This document shows positions 22,541 through 35,714 of a stretch of 64,000 nucleotides of DNA, piece after piece. Position 1 is the stretch's first letter. Each line of letters starts with the position of its first letter. Source of the stretch: Heteronotia binoei (taxonomy: Eukaryota); contig NC_083230.1 in assembly GCF_032191835.1 (NCBI RefSeq), positions 72,354,001 through 72,418,000 of the forward strand, read 5' to 3'. A program made the translations under genes and the position numbers. Under the pieces are notes generated by a model that saw only the letters and a program-made list of their open reading frames with translations, had not been told where the DNA came from and did no database searches.

Positions 22541-25500
22541 GTGTTAACAGTGTAGTTAGAAATCGGAGACAGCTTTAGCTATTCCCATCTGACATAATTT
22601 CTCATTTGCATTTGAAGTACATTGGAATACTACTGCCATTTCTAAGGTCTAACTGCTGCTGGTTCACAACTTGCCATATTTTGCAAGGCTAAGGAAAATT
22701 GGGCTTATTTACCCTCAGTTCAAGATACCCAACTATTGGGTTGCTCAGAAATGGTCCACTGTTTTAATCGGTACTCTTTTTTTTTTAATCAGCACTCTTA
22801 CATCACAAGGCACAGTCTCTTAACCTTTCAGTCTGTCACTGACATTTGTACTTTTTGTCTATTATATTTGTTCCCACTGTCATTTTTTCTATTATCCACT
22901 GCAATGGGAAATCAATGCATCATGGTTACTGATGGATCTTCCTGTCTCTACCAGATCCATTGTGCTGACAGTCAGGGTTAGCTTTTCCTTTTTTTCTCAG
23001 TTCTGAATTTTGGACTTGCTTTTCATTTTATTGTAATCACTTTGAGGCATCCATACAATTTTATGTTAAGCAATGACTATTGAAACAGGGGCTATGTAGT
23101 TCTGACATGTATGTGACCTACACAGATGGAGGAAGGAAGTGCATGCACAACACCATTTGGCCTCCCCTGCAATTGATTCATGGTTGTGGCAACATTTTGC
23201 AAGTCAACAGAGACAGTTTTCAGCTTCAGTTTTCAGTTCACTGCGATCATCTAAAGCACTGATCTAGGCCCAAAAAAAATCAAATTGCAAATAAATACGT
23301 ATTTGTTATTTATTTACACAGTTTAGTGTTTTCCCTAGACCTTGAAGACAAAGAGATGTGTTGCTGTTGTTTTTGTTGTAATTTAGCATTTTATATTTAA
23401 GTGTAGAAGTGTCTGTTTGTACTACACATTTCACAACACACCATGTGTGAAAAACATGTTTGAAAAACTGTTGGATCCTGCTGCTGCATCTCAGCTCTGT
23501 ACTTTGTTTCTGCTAATCATGATAACGTATTATATGGAATTCATAAAATTCCAAGGTTTTCTTTTCTGAATGAAACCTGTAGTTTCTGCTCTTACATTAT
23601 TATATTGACTTGCTGAATGAAATGTTGATATTCCAGTCATAGGAAGTAGTCCAGAGTAGCTCAGGAAATAATAATTGGCTAGGCTTTTGGTTTATTAATT
23701 CTTGCTCAGCTAGTTTCACTCTACTCCTATTTCTAGAAAGTCCTCTTAAGAATACTGCTTCCAAGTCAGATAGGTAAACAAATGCAAAGGAATTACTACT
23801 TCTACCATACATTGATTTAGAATCAAGACTGGGGTGGTATTGCATCAATGTTCAAAGTAGAGCTTATTATCTGCATCCTTAAGCACACTGTTTATGCTTC
23901 CAGTGTACTGATACAGGCATGTATAGTGATGAACATGGGTGAGGGATAGGGTTGTATTGAGAGGCTCCTGGTGAATCTGTCTGAGTCTCTACAGCCTCCC
24001 ACCCCATGTTTCTCTGCCCCTCCTCCTGCTGTGCCTCCAGGTGGGGTAGCATATGTGTTGGCATGGGTTGACACCCTCTAGGACCTTGTGCTCTCTGTAT
24101 GAAGAGCACCACTACAGGGTGCCCAGGGCACTGATGGGTGATGCCTTCCTCCCCACTGACAGGTGGCTGGGCTTGTAATAGGATTTGGTTTCTTTAAGGG
24201 GGCATGTGCCACAGAGGAGGAAAGTTGCTCCTGAGGCCCATCCCTCTCCACCCCTGCCAGTGATGGATGCTTGGCTTGGCTTCCTCAACTAGGGATAGAC
24301 TGGGAAAAGGTGGTTTGGTTTGAGGTCCGTGGAGGCCTACAGACTGAACTCCAAACCAAAGTGGCTTCACACAGACTGAACCCATCCAGGAAGTTTGGGA
24401 CACAGCAGAACACAGGAGGGGGGAATCTTCTGGGAAAGGACTTCCCTTGCCCCTTTCTTATGGCCATGGCTTGTTGCAGCCAGGAGAAAGGGGGGAATTG
24501 CCCAGGAAGAGGGTTTAATTCAATCTGATAGTTTTTCTCCCCACCCTTCAAAGTGGCAGGGAGCAAAACTGTCACTCAGCTGTTAGGTTTACGTGGCTGC
24601 CAGCCATTTAACCCTTCCATTTTGCTCCCCACCTTTCAAAGGGGGATAAAACCAGAGGGTTAAACATGGGGATGAAGTGCCTCCCAAGGCATTTCACACA
24701 CACCCTCCTTTCTGCTGGTGCAATTGTCTTGGGCTCCCTCCCTCAGCTCACCTAAAGGAGTGGCATGAGGGAGCCCAAGACAGCCGAGCTTACAGAGAGA
24801 GACTGAACAGCCCCCAAGTTCCAAACTGAACAGGCTGAAGCTCAGTAAATGTTCAGGGAATGCATGTTCTTTGAACATCACTTTCTGAGCCCTAAACTGG
24901 CCCGAGTTGGCCCAGATTTTGACTCATGAGCTGGTTCATGCCCATCCTATCCTTCACTCGTGACTCCCATTGGTCCTGCCTGCCCTATCCATCATGCCAC
25001 CCCCCACCTTGCAGTAACTCTGGAATGGAACATTGCAGCAGGATTGCCACAAATTCTGCCACAGCAGCACCTGGCAAAACTGTTGGGACACACTTTTTCT
25101 CATTTGCCCATAGTGTAACTATCCCTGAAGGGAGGCGACTAGTGGTGCTACAGTTGCACAATGGCTGGCCAATGCAACACAGAATAGCTCTGCTCATAAA
25201 CTTGTAAGACTCCCCAAGTATTTGAAATAGAATGAAACTTAGCTCTATGCCAGATAGTGATTTATCTTCTAACCAAGCTTTAATTCATATTTTCACAATT
25301 AATTAACCATCAACCTAATCATTATACACATAAGGCATTTAAATTGATCTATGGAGAATGATGGGGGAAGAATAATGCTTTGAAGATCCATTTCAAATTA
25401 GTTATTAGATTAATGAATATTCCACAAGGGCATTTCTTTGATGACCTCTACTGATGACTTAAGGAAAGACATGTCTGTTTAGATAAAGAGGAGACAAAAG

Positions 25501-26516
25501 GCGTGTGACTTATCACTGGCAAGAATGTTCTATAGAATTACAAGGATTAATTCTCACACAATGTATCTGGTTTTGTGTAGCCTTTTTGAGATAACATAGA
25601 ATTAGAAGATCAATAAGCAAAGACTGGCATTTTGAAGATGCTACTTCATGATAACATTTTTGCTATGTTTGCCCATTCAGTTTCTCCGGGTGAGTCAGCA
25701 GCGTAAATGGTTGGAAAAGCTTTCCACAATAAACTTTGTTATAGGATTTGTGTCTTGCTTCATCAGTCTCTAAACCTCCACATTATCTGGTTGGATTTCT
25801 TAAGAACAAATATAGAAGATTGGATCTCTACAACCATTTTAAAGTAATCAAAAGGAAGTTATTTGCTTGCCTTTGGTTACATTCTTTTTCTTTGTTAATT
25901 AACACTGGGGAGCACATCAAAATCCTAAACTTTAAAGTAAAAAATTAATGGAATGAATTAGAAATATCTATGAAATATTTGAATTGCTGACATTGCATTT
26001 CTTACATCTTCCAGAGATGTTTCATCTGTCATTGTCAATCACATGCACTCAACAAGCAAAATAAGGAATCATCTCAAGGATTCTTCTTGAGTTTTTTTGC
26101 TTTCCTGCTGACACAAAAAGGAGGAGGAGTGATTTTGCTCTATCTCATGTGGCATTTTTATCCATGCAGGTTCCCCAGTCCCTGACATAGGATTGGAAGC
26201 AGGTTTTGAATGGGAGCACTTTTCCAACTTGCACCATTAGATAAGCTGGCAAGAGTCAACTTTTGATTTTTGGATGACAAAATGGCTATTGTTAGCATTT
26301 AATTAAACTTTCTACTATAATGTTATTAATGCTAAGTAATAGATCCAGGTGCTGAATAATGCTACTCCACAGATGCAAACATACTCATTTTGAATTGGAA
26401 GGAAATCTTCAAGGTGATCAAAAGAAGGTTAATATGACAATAATGGGAATTTTGAACAAGTTAAGATTGGGTAAACTCAGAACTCAATTTATCTGTAAAT
26501 TAGGGCAAATCTAGGT

Positions 26517-26903
26517 CAGGGGTCCCCAGTGTGGTGCCCATGGGCACCATGGTCCCCTCTGACACATTTTTTGGTACTCACCAAATGTTTTTAGAAAGTG
26601 AGCAGGGCCAGGTATTGCTCCATCCTAGAGGGGCTTCTGACAGGCTATGGGAGATCTGATGGCTTTACAGATTAAATTAACTTAGTTTTGGCATTTGCTG
26701 CCACCACAGTGTTGGTTTCTTTCTTTCTCTCACTCCTCTTTCCCAGAATATTTTTCAAACTTACCCTTGTTGTCTCATGCACTTGGGCTTCCTCTGTGTC
26801 TGTGTGACTCCACGTCGCATCAAGGCCATTTTGTGATTGTGCCCACCATTCTGTGCCAAAATTCCAAAGTTGCCTTCAGGCTCAGAAAGGTTGTGGACTC
26901 CTT
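26517..26903. mobile_element. hAT (Charlie-like) MITE, decayed
   Basis: TIR CAGGGGTCCCCA with a degenerate partner TGTGGACTCCTT; flanks ATCTAGGT / ATCTTAGA. Confidence 0.55.
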
Positions 26904-27329
26904 ATCTTAGATCAAAGCTGCTGAACCAACAGGAGAGCTATCCAACAATTCAGCTATTGCTTGGTTGGTTGGAAAGAGATGTTACGCTGGCAAAATCAGC
27001 CTGCTAGCAGAGTAAAAGCTGATAGTAAGGGCAGAACTAGGTGAAAGGTCAAAAATTCTCAGTGGGTTCTCCCCCTGCTTCCTTTCAAAAGAGTAACCCT
27101 TTCATTTTGAAGTTGGTGTGTGGATGAAATATCAAGGGTATACTTGTTCAGTCTTAGGAACACCAAAGAAAAACAAAGGAGACGGTATCTTGGCCATCCA
27201 TTGACCACAAGATATTGAGGGCTTTATGGATCAATTGAATTGAGTCCTGTAAACTATCATAAGGATAGACATTAGAACATAATATATATTTGTCCCAGAG
27301 TCTGCATCACCTGAAACTTCTGGATAGTT

Positions 27330-27351
27330 TGTGTGTGTGTGTGTGTGTGTG
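27330..27351. repeat. (GT)n microsatellite
   Basis: Direct reading. Confidence 0.9.
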
Positions 27352-28068
27352 AGTTAGCAACCCTTGCCAAGGCTGCTACTCTCTCTCTTTTAGCATAAAG
27401 CCAAGGGACACTCCAGATAGCTTCCAATGACAGCACCCTCTTTTACCCCCCACCATTCTTCCAGCTTTCACACAAACACATACAAGGACAGGGGGGGGGG
27501 GACTGGAGGGTGACCAGGATTGTTGGTTCCCATCACTATTTCCATTATCTCAGTCCTGAAATTATTTTTAAAAATATTTATGTGCACAACAAAGAGCTTC
27601 CCCCTCAAACAGTTTGCTTCCTTTAATGCTGTTCTTTGACTGCCCTAAAGATATCTGTTGTGTGGGCACTGTCAGCATATTTTAGTCCTGACAGGAACTA
27701 CACCAGGTTACCCAGGAGATAACAAAAGCCTGGAAAGAAATCTTGGTGGCTGCTCTCCCTTTCATGTACTTTTCTATTCACTGTTCATTTTCCTGGTGAT
27801 AATCTGGACCAGAGATTAATTTTATTTCTGTGATGCAAGTGATGAATAATGTCATGATAAAAGCTCTAAATGACCTGGCGGTCCTTACAAACTTTAGATG
27901 AATAATATGGTCAAAAGAATTGACTTAGTTCACAATCAGCTATGCTCATTTGATCTGAGTATTGTTGTTGTTAAAATGCCCACTTTGCTGTTCTTTCTTA
28001 CATGGTCCTGTGGGACACAGCTTTAGCTGGGAAGGCCACAAGCATGTTTAAGTAACATCCTTAAGGGT

Positions 28069-28302
28069 TAGAATAAAGTAGGAGTCCAGTGGCACCTTTA
28101 AGATCAACAGAGTTTTATTCAGAATGTAAGCTTTCGTATGCATGCATACTTCATCAGACAATGGAATGGGGTACAGTGAGCAGAGCTACTTATAGCTGGT
28201 AGGTAGTGGTTTAGAATGCAAAGTGGTATAAAGTTAGAATCCATTGGCAAAATCCTACTTTGTTCTACTGCTTCAGACCAACATGGCTGCCCACCTGGAT
28301 CT
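28069..28302. mobile_element. PLE-derived inverted terminal-repeat unit with a hammerhead core
   Basis: Flanked by ATCCTTAAGGGT (28057-28068, 28303-28314). The minus strand reads TGT-CTGATGA-A-GTATGC-AT-GCATAC-GAAA-GCTT-ACA. Confidence 0.78.
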
Positions 28303-28336
28303 ATCCTTAAGGGTAGCCTTCCATTAATATAGATCC

Positions 28337-28737
28337 CAGTGGGTAGCTATGTTGGTCTAAAGCAACAGTATAAAGTTAAGAGTCCAGTAGCACCTTTAAG
28401 ACCAACAAAGTTTTATTCAAAGTATAAGCTTTTGTGTGTACACACATACTTCTTCAGATACAATGAAATGGGAGAAAAATAGTCAAACTTATAGACAGGG
28501 TTGAGAAAAAAACAAATTAGCATATAACATGGTGTAGACATTTTGAGACAAAGCAGGGACAACAAGCCAAGTGCACAGGGTCAACAGCTGTACAGATCCA
28601 ATTAAGGGGGGGGGACAACATTTAAAGTAACAGAGGGAGAGAGGGGAGGGGATGCATAAATATACAAAGAATGTATATCAAGCTTATACCTTGAACAAAG
28701 CATTGTTGGTCTAAAGGTGCTACTGGATTCTAACTTT
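28337..28737. mobile_element. Second PLE-derived inverted terminal-repeat unit, tail-to-tail with the first
   Basis: TAGATCCCAGTGGGTAGC...GGCACC/AGCACCTTTAAGACC arm plus an inverted partial arm at 28690-28737. The minus strand reads GTAT-CTGAAGA-A-GTATGTGTGTACACAC-AAAA-GCTT-ATAC. Confidence 0.75.
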
Positions 28738-30261
28738 ATCCTTAAGGCTTAACAGGCAGCTAGGCCTCACTGAGAAGTAAAGACAGAAGAGTTACCAACA
28801 TTCCAATCTTATCTATAACAGAAACACAACTATAACAGAAACAATGCCTTACTGAATCTTTACTGTATTTCTAAGTAACAATAGATATAGGGGGTTCTTA
28901 TAGCCCAAACTGTATTTATGTGACGTGGGATTTCTTTCTGCAACATAAATCTTACCAATGAACTGATGCCAACCTGGCAAAATGTATCAGTAGTGTGTAG
29001 TTGGTTCTCACAATGAAATTATGCTGGCTGTTGAATCCAATTAGTATGTGTATATGCTAACATATGCCTATGTGTCATTAAGGCTATATAAAGTGCTGCC
29101 CACCCTGAAAGGAGGTAGAGCAGCTGATTATGCAGGCTTTGGCTTAGCTCTGCTCTCTGTTTATTGCAATAAACTTTTTTTCCCTTCCTCCTCCATCAGA
29201 TTTCACTGTGTGTTTCTATTGGTTGAGAACACTTAAGAGCACAGATTTGTGTAACAGTCCTACAGCATGGATTAGAACACATGTTATGTTCACAATAATT
29301 CTGTTAGGGCAGTGAAAATAATTATTTTTAAAAGGTAAAACTCACCTAAAAGCATCTAGTGATAGCTGATGCAAAATTAACCTTTTGTGTCCTGAATTCA
29401 AAGCCAGTATTCTGTGTATTGTACTATACAACCCAGTGGTAAATTACATATTTTGCATGTACAAAGGACCTCTAGTAAAAAGTTGTAATCTTGGAGAGTT
29501 GCCATCAGTTAATATAGGTATCATGAACTAATGGTCTAATGGAGCAGACGGCAACTTCAGTTATTCATCATATGTAATCTTATGCTCACTCCCTGGAAGG
29601 AAGTTTTGTTACACTTAAGTGTCCCAATCACTTTAAACAGAAATGAATCACTAAAGAAGGAAAGAATCGAAGAATGAACAGTGGTATTTCCTTCAGATGC
29701 TTAGTTTTCTGTGTTAATATTAGCATTGTTGCCATTCACACATATTCACAGATAACTGATCAATGTTTCAAGGATGGGAGATTTAAAATATATTACATAT
29801 TCTTTGTTTGGCTCTGAGTAATAACTATATTATATTGAGTGTATATTTAGAAAGGCAACATATTGCATGCTTACTGATAAAATCTCAACACCCAGTCAGG
29901 TTGTATTACTTGACAGCAGGCAAATAAAACAAGGTTTCTACTCAGTATTTCTTATTTTGAGGTATGTATTCTACATTTTTCATGAATAATAGTTTGCATT
30001 GTTTGAGACCAAGATCTCAATCTAGCTTGAAACAAGGTCTCAAGCAGCGCAAATCCATTTCAATGTCCTAAAAATTTCATAGAATTCTTATGACAGTGGA
30101 AAACCACTATCTGAAGCTGGGATCAAGGTAATGTTCCCCTGGAAGATTATTATCATACTAATGTGTAGGTTTCTACAGTCCTACCAATAGAGCTTTAGAA
30201 ATTGGTTCTAATTTTGACCATGGACCTTTACATTTGTGGACATCAATAGTTTCTGCCACTA

Positions 30262-31150
30262 TTATTTATTTATTCATCATATGACAGAGTTACTTACAGG
30301 AAGCATGTAATAATTTAAATTCACAACCAAGTTGATACAACAGGTGTGCAGACCAATTGGGCAACCTCCTAAATACTAATATCTAAATTTTCAATCCATT
30401 CAATCACACCTGGGGAAAATATAAAGTGCTCCATTACATCTCCTTGGAAAGCACAATACGCACATTCCTGTGACAGATGGAAAATACTTTGGTGGGCTGC
30501 ACCATAATTGCATTCAGGTCTTTGTATTTTACCCCATTTAAGCAACAGATCTACAAAACTGTCAAAACCTGTTTGTGTTCTATTAGCCATTTTCCATACT
30601 TCACATGACAAGTCAAATCCTGCTGGCCTCTCATTGGTGTTTATCTGGTTATGGATATCAGGTGGAATTGATTGTATTCATTTTTGCAACAATTCATTCC
30701 CTAGCTCAAAATTTTGTGATTGCAGGTTTTGTACAGATTTTATTGCTGGGTATTGGGATCTTAGTCTGGATAGACCCACGTCAGCCATGTCTTAGTGGAT
30801 AGATAACTCTCTGTTTTCAGTGATCTTTCTATATTCAAAAAGAAGAGCATCTTATTTTTGGAGATACAGGGGAGCAATTTGGCACAATGTGGGTAGCCAA
30901 TAGGTCCAAGTAGGTTTAATGAATCCACTGATGGTTCTTATTGAGTTGGACATCAAATTTGTGGACATGGGAGCTGTTGAGCCACACATTTCTGCCACTG
31001 AATTATCTTGACACAAGAATAATCTTAATGTATCAACTCTTGTTGAAGTTAGTAAAAAAATGGCAACTTTCAGAATACAGTAGATAAAAACCAGAAATAC
31101 TGAGCATCCTATAGTAGTTTAAACAATTCTCACATTGATTATTACAATCA
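30262..31150 (-). mobile_element. Vingi/Ingi-like (I group) LINE 3' fragment
   Basis: The minus strand encodes YSVAE...IRTISGFIKPT..WLPTL..IAP, GFDLSCEVW..NRTQTG and LLKWGKIQRPECNYGA..HL..EC...WIENLDISI*, followed by an (AATA)n tail. Confidence 0.7.
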
Positions 31151-33867
31151 ATGGACACAAATGAGAATAAATTGATGTTTTCTATTTGGCTATTTCCAGA
31201 TGTTTGTTTAAAAAGCAGAGGACTAAAAAATAGTAAGTCACAGTGATAGTCCTATAATAAATTATTCCATCCTAATACTCATTTTGTAATCATTAAACTC
31301 TAATGAGAACCTATCAAGAGAATTGAAAAGGACAGTATATCATAAATGCTAGAAAACGTGGTTTCAATAAGACCCTTGAGGATGTAAGTGCTAGGCAAGA
31401 AAAATGCCACTTCTTGATTTATTAGAGAGCTTTGCTTTGCTAAGTGCCTAATATTGCATCTATTATAATGTATGTCCTGTCATGCCTTATTGATTAAATT
31501 AAAAGTTCATCATAAATTAAATTTAATATTTTAAGAAACAAATTGAACAATTAGTTTGTTTCTAATTATTGTCAAAAGCAGCTGGTGCAAATAGGCATAG
31601 ATGTCAGACTCATCAACAAACAATGTGGAAGTTTTATCAGGTGAATAGCTTAATTGTAGCTGGATACAGATCAGTAGAATTCTAGCTTCTGAAACACTAT
31701 TTCCCAGTAGAAAAAGTAGATTGTTTGTGAACGGTATAAACAGGTGGTAGTGAATGACCCATTAGAAAATGCCAGCTGGAATCCTTATATACTAGAATAA
31801 GAATTTTAATTTTGATTGCCCTGTGAAGGCAGATGTCAAAGGAAATTGCCCTCCTAAGAAAAATCCTGAAGACTTCTTTGGAATAATTGAGCACTGATAA
31901 GTTACCAATGTAGTTAACAAAAAAGTTTATGCAAAAGAATCCTAGTTGGTTCTTATTCTTTGCCAGAAGATCACATTTGGTTCTAGTGGATTAGTGCTAT
32001 GAAGTTTGAACTAGAGGTATGCTGTTTGGATTTGGAAATATTCAGAAATCATCAAATAATGTCATATTCAGAATATTTTGAACATTTCTAGATCAAATGT
32101 TATAATTTCAGATATTGAATTCCATTGACTCTTATAGAAAACAGGCTGGACTGCTTAGAAAGGAAAAAGAATCCTAGTTAGCCTGGCAAGAAGGCTTAGG
32201 AGGCTAAGTGCTGAGTGACTTCATGATAGGAGTGGCCATAGATTTGTCAAGGGACTGGGTGACAGTAAAACTTTATAACTGAGAGTTCTCTGTATTTATG
32301 GAATTCTGATGTAGGCACAGACAACAGAAACCCCTTTCAGTACAGGAAGATAAGCATAACTGCTTTATAATCTTCCCTGCTGACCTCCTCTATGCTGACT
32401 GGATTAGTGGACTGAGAGGGAATCTTTTTTGTGGAGGTCTGGCCAGGGTGGCAATGGGACTAGTTTTCTGCTCAGTAGCCAGTGTGTCCAAATGTTCTCT
32501 CAAGCAGGCAGCATTGGCAATCCACACCACTCCCACTCGTACTGGAGCCAGGACTGATGGAAAACTGACTTTCATTAAGGTTAGCTTCTTACACCTTGGA
32601 TTCCCTAAGTTAAGTTTTGAATAGGTGAGAGAAGTACACTCTAGCAACTGACTCATAAGTCAGTTGCTTGACCTTCCAGCATGAGCTGTCTGCTGCTTCA
32701 GTCTGTCTGCCATTGCTGCCAAGGGTATTTGGCTGCCTCTGGCACCACTGGGGCATGCCAAGTGCTGCCTTGGTGACATTCTGGCTGTTCAGGGTTTTGA
32801 AGTCATTGCCTAATTTTATTTATTTATTTAGTTTTTAGACTTCAATACCACCCTCAGGGCAGTGTACAAGAGTTTTAAAATAAAAGAACATATTAAAATA
32901 CAATCTGTTGATATATTGTTGTCTAGCATTTGAGCAATAGCTGTGCACTTGCCACATCTGCTCATCTCCTTGTAGTCAGCAAAGGCTCTGGGAAAAGATC
33001 AGGGCTGGTTTTTAATGTATGTTTCCTATTGACTTTAACAGAATTCTGCAAATTCAGCGACTGCTATTGGAAGGAATATGAACAATGTGCTAGGTACATA
33101 TGGAGGAAGAAAATGGGAAAATTCAGTGGTGAAGCAGGTTACAGAGCAACTGGATTAAGCAGCAAGATGTAAAGCAGACAGCTGAGAAAAGAAGAATCCC
33201 AAGAACAGTCAACATACCAGTAATAGGCTGGGTCCAGACTGGCAGTTTGAGGCGACACAGGGATGGATTAAAAAATCAAGTCCAGATGTGAACATCTGGA
33301 GACCAACCCCTTCCCGCATTCACCCCATCCTCCAGCATTGTAGAAGTGCTTGAAAAAGCTACCACTTTCAAAGTGGTAGCAAATCACCACGGCGCTTCCC
33401 TGCTGCCTTTCCTGGCCATCTGAACAGGCAGGGAGCATTTGGGAAGCACTGCTTGAGCAGCCTGATTGCTCCTCTGGGTCACATGCAGCCCATCCCTGTC
33501 CTGGCAGCAGGCCACACACAGTCTGACCACCACCAGGGCACTTCTCTTTCTGCTAGCTTACTTTGGGACAGGAGGCTGCTGCTCTAAGCTGCTGGGCTGG
33601 ACCCAGCCCTCTATATGATGCACTTTGATCACTTAGCTCTTTTACTGTGCTTCTTCCAAAGTATCACCTTTCCTTATTAGTATCTGTTTCCACGTAGGTG
33701 CTAGGCCATGTTCCCAGCTGAAGTTCTTTCCCCAGTTCCTTGAGCTCTTGTCCTAGCCACTGCACTCTTTCTTCAGGGTTAAGCCAAGGTTAAACCAATA
33801 TGCTGGCTCCTTCTTAGCCAAAAGTGGCCCATTTCAAAAATCCAGGAAGTTTTATCTTTCCCATCCC

Positions 33868-34254
33868 CAGGGCTTTCTTTGAGCAGGAATGCACAGGGAC
33901 ACAATTCTGGCTCTGTCCTCTCTGCTGCCTCCAGCCTCCAATGGGCTTGTGAAGAGATTGAGAGACATGGAGCTGCCCCCTCCCAGAAGAAGCTGGGCCT
34001 GCTGCTGGCCACTCTGCTGCATGTGGCTCTCTTTCTCTGGCCATGTTTTTCTTGTGTGTGGGGGGGGACAAGGTCTCCCACTGCGTTGTGCAATAACACA
34101 CATCCACTAAATGCAGCTGATGGCACTGTACTGTTCTCTATCACTATGCGGAAAGTAACTGACTGAATGAGTGATGTCACTTCCGGTGGTATCAGGGTGT
34201 GTGGCCTAATATGTAAATGATTTCCTGCTGGACTTTTTCTACAAAAAAGCCCTG
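33868..34254. mobile_element. hAT MITE
   Basis: TIR CAGGGCTTT...AAAGCCCTG; perfect 8-bp TSD CCCATCCC (33860-33867, 34255-34262). Confidence 0.85.
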
Positions 34255-35427
34255 CCCATCCCTCAAAGATTCCAAGCCTGGCTATTGCACCTTCCCTACT
34301 AAGAACTCACTGCTTCTCTCAAAGTTGGAGCCTTTTATCTCACTTCACATGGCCATCTCTAGTTCCTGTTTTCTATTCCTAACCAAGTTCTTTCTCTCAT
34401 GGAGGCCTTTACCCAGAAGAGTCCTTTGTTCCTTTGGGAATTAGTATTGGTTGGCCTTCCACCCAGCTGGTCCTCCCTTGCTGTTGCCTTCCAAACTGGC
34501 TCTCTTTTTAGCTCTGCAACTGGGTTGTTGCCTTCCTCAGAGCTATGCCCCCACTCTACCCCTTCTGCCCCAGGGGTAGGGTGCTCTGGGCTGTGACAGG
34601 GGTGTTAGTTTTTATTTACCAATTTGAAGTAACCAACTAAAGCTTAATTTTTTTCCAGTTGCATAATATACTGAACAAATTATTTGAGAAGGCAAAAAGA
34701 TATTTATTGAATAGGGGTATCAACATTTATTCAAATCAGTTGCCGTATTTCCATGCAAGAGCTAGCTTGTTCAATTGCATACTGTTTTCTCTTCAAGTGG
34801 ATAAGTCAACAGGGAAATGTTTGGAAGAGATTATGCTCAAATGTGTCATGCCTGAATTTAAATTATCCAGGTGGTGAATGGGTTTGACATTGACCTGGTC
34901 AAGTGGTTTTGACAATCTGCACTGTGCATTAAGTGGGGAGGAATAACAAGTAAATGAAGCTTCAAAACTAAAACAAAACTATCATTTGATGATAAATAAA
35001 AGAAACAAAACCTCAGTTGACAAGATCAATGAAAATCAGATAGATGACTGAGATTCATTGTGATTGGCGTAAATAAAGTCTATAGTTTCTCAAAGCCTTC
35101 CTATTTCTATGGGTGTCATACCCATGTGTTCACTGTTTGTACTACTCCTTGCAAACCAGACAAGCTTTCAGTGCAAATCGGAATGCAAGCAATCATTATG
35201 CGTCAAACAATTCAAGCCTGTAATGTGACAAGACATCATCCATTATGGCCTGAAGTGGCCCCTGTCCCTTTGCCCCTTTAATACCAAGCAAGGAAGGTAC
35301 CAGCATACAGAATCTTGGGACTCCCTAAGCCAACATGAGTGCCAATGTGTTGTTGTTAAGAGCAGAAGACTAATTTGGAGAACAGAGTTTGATCCTTCAC
35401 TGCTTTATATGAAGCCTACTTTACAGG

Positions 35428-35714
35428 GGGCGTTTTCGCACTCACCTTCAAGTGGCGCGACCACCCTCTTCACGCCGGAGGATCTGCAGGGATTTCGCAT
35501 AAGAAGCGCCGGAGCAGCCAAAAGAGCCGGCGACTTCCGTCGCAAAAGCCGCTCAAACGTTTTCCTGCTTCTTGGCGGTTTCCGTTTGAGCGGGTTTCAC
35601 GACGGAACTTTCCGGCTCTTTTGGCTGCTCCGGCGCTTCTTATGCGAAATCCCTGCAGATCCTCCGGCGTGAAGAGGGTGGTCGCGCCACTTGAAGGTGA
35701 GTGCGAAAACACCC
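35428..35714. mobile_element. Fold-back MITE (about 132-bp inverted arms, 23-bp spacer) beside or within a Squam3-like SINE
   Basis: Arms 35428-35559 and 35583-35714 are near-perfect reverse complements and CpG-rich. The TSD is ambiguous (AGG or CAGGG); Harbinger-like termini are possible. Confidence 0.85.

Noticed and set aside
28920-29256. LTR-like segment with TATA, AATAAA and a TGTAACA end
   Set aside because: No matching TSD or clear 5' boundary found.
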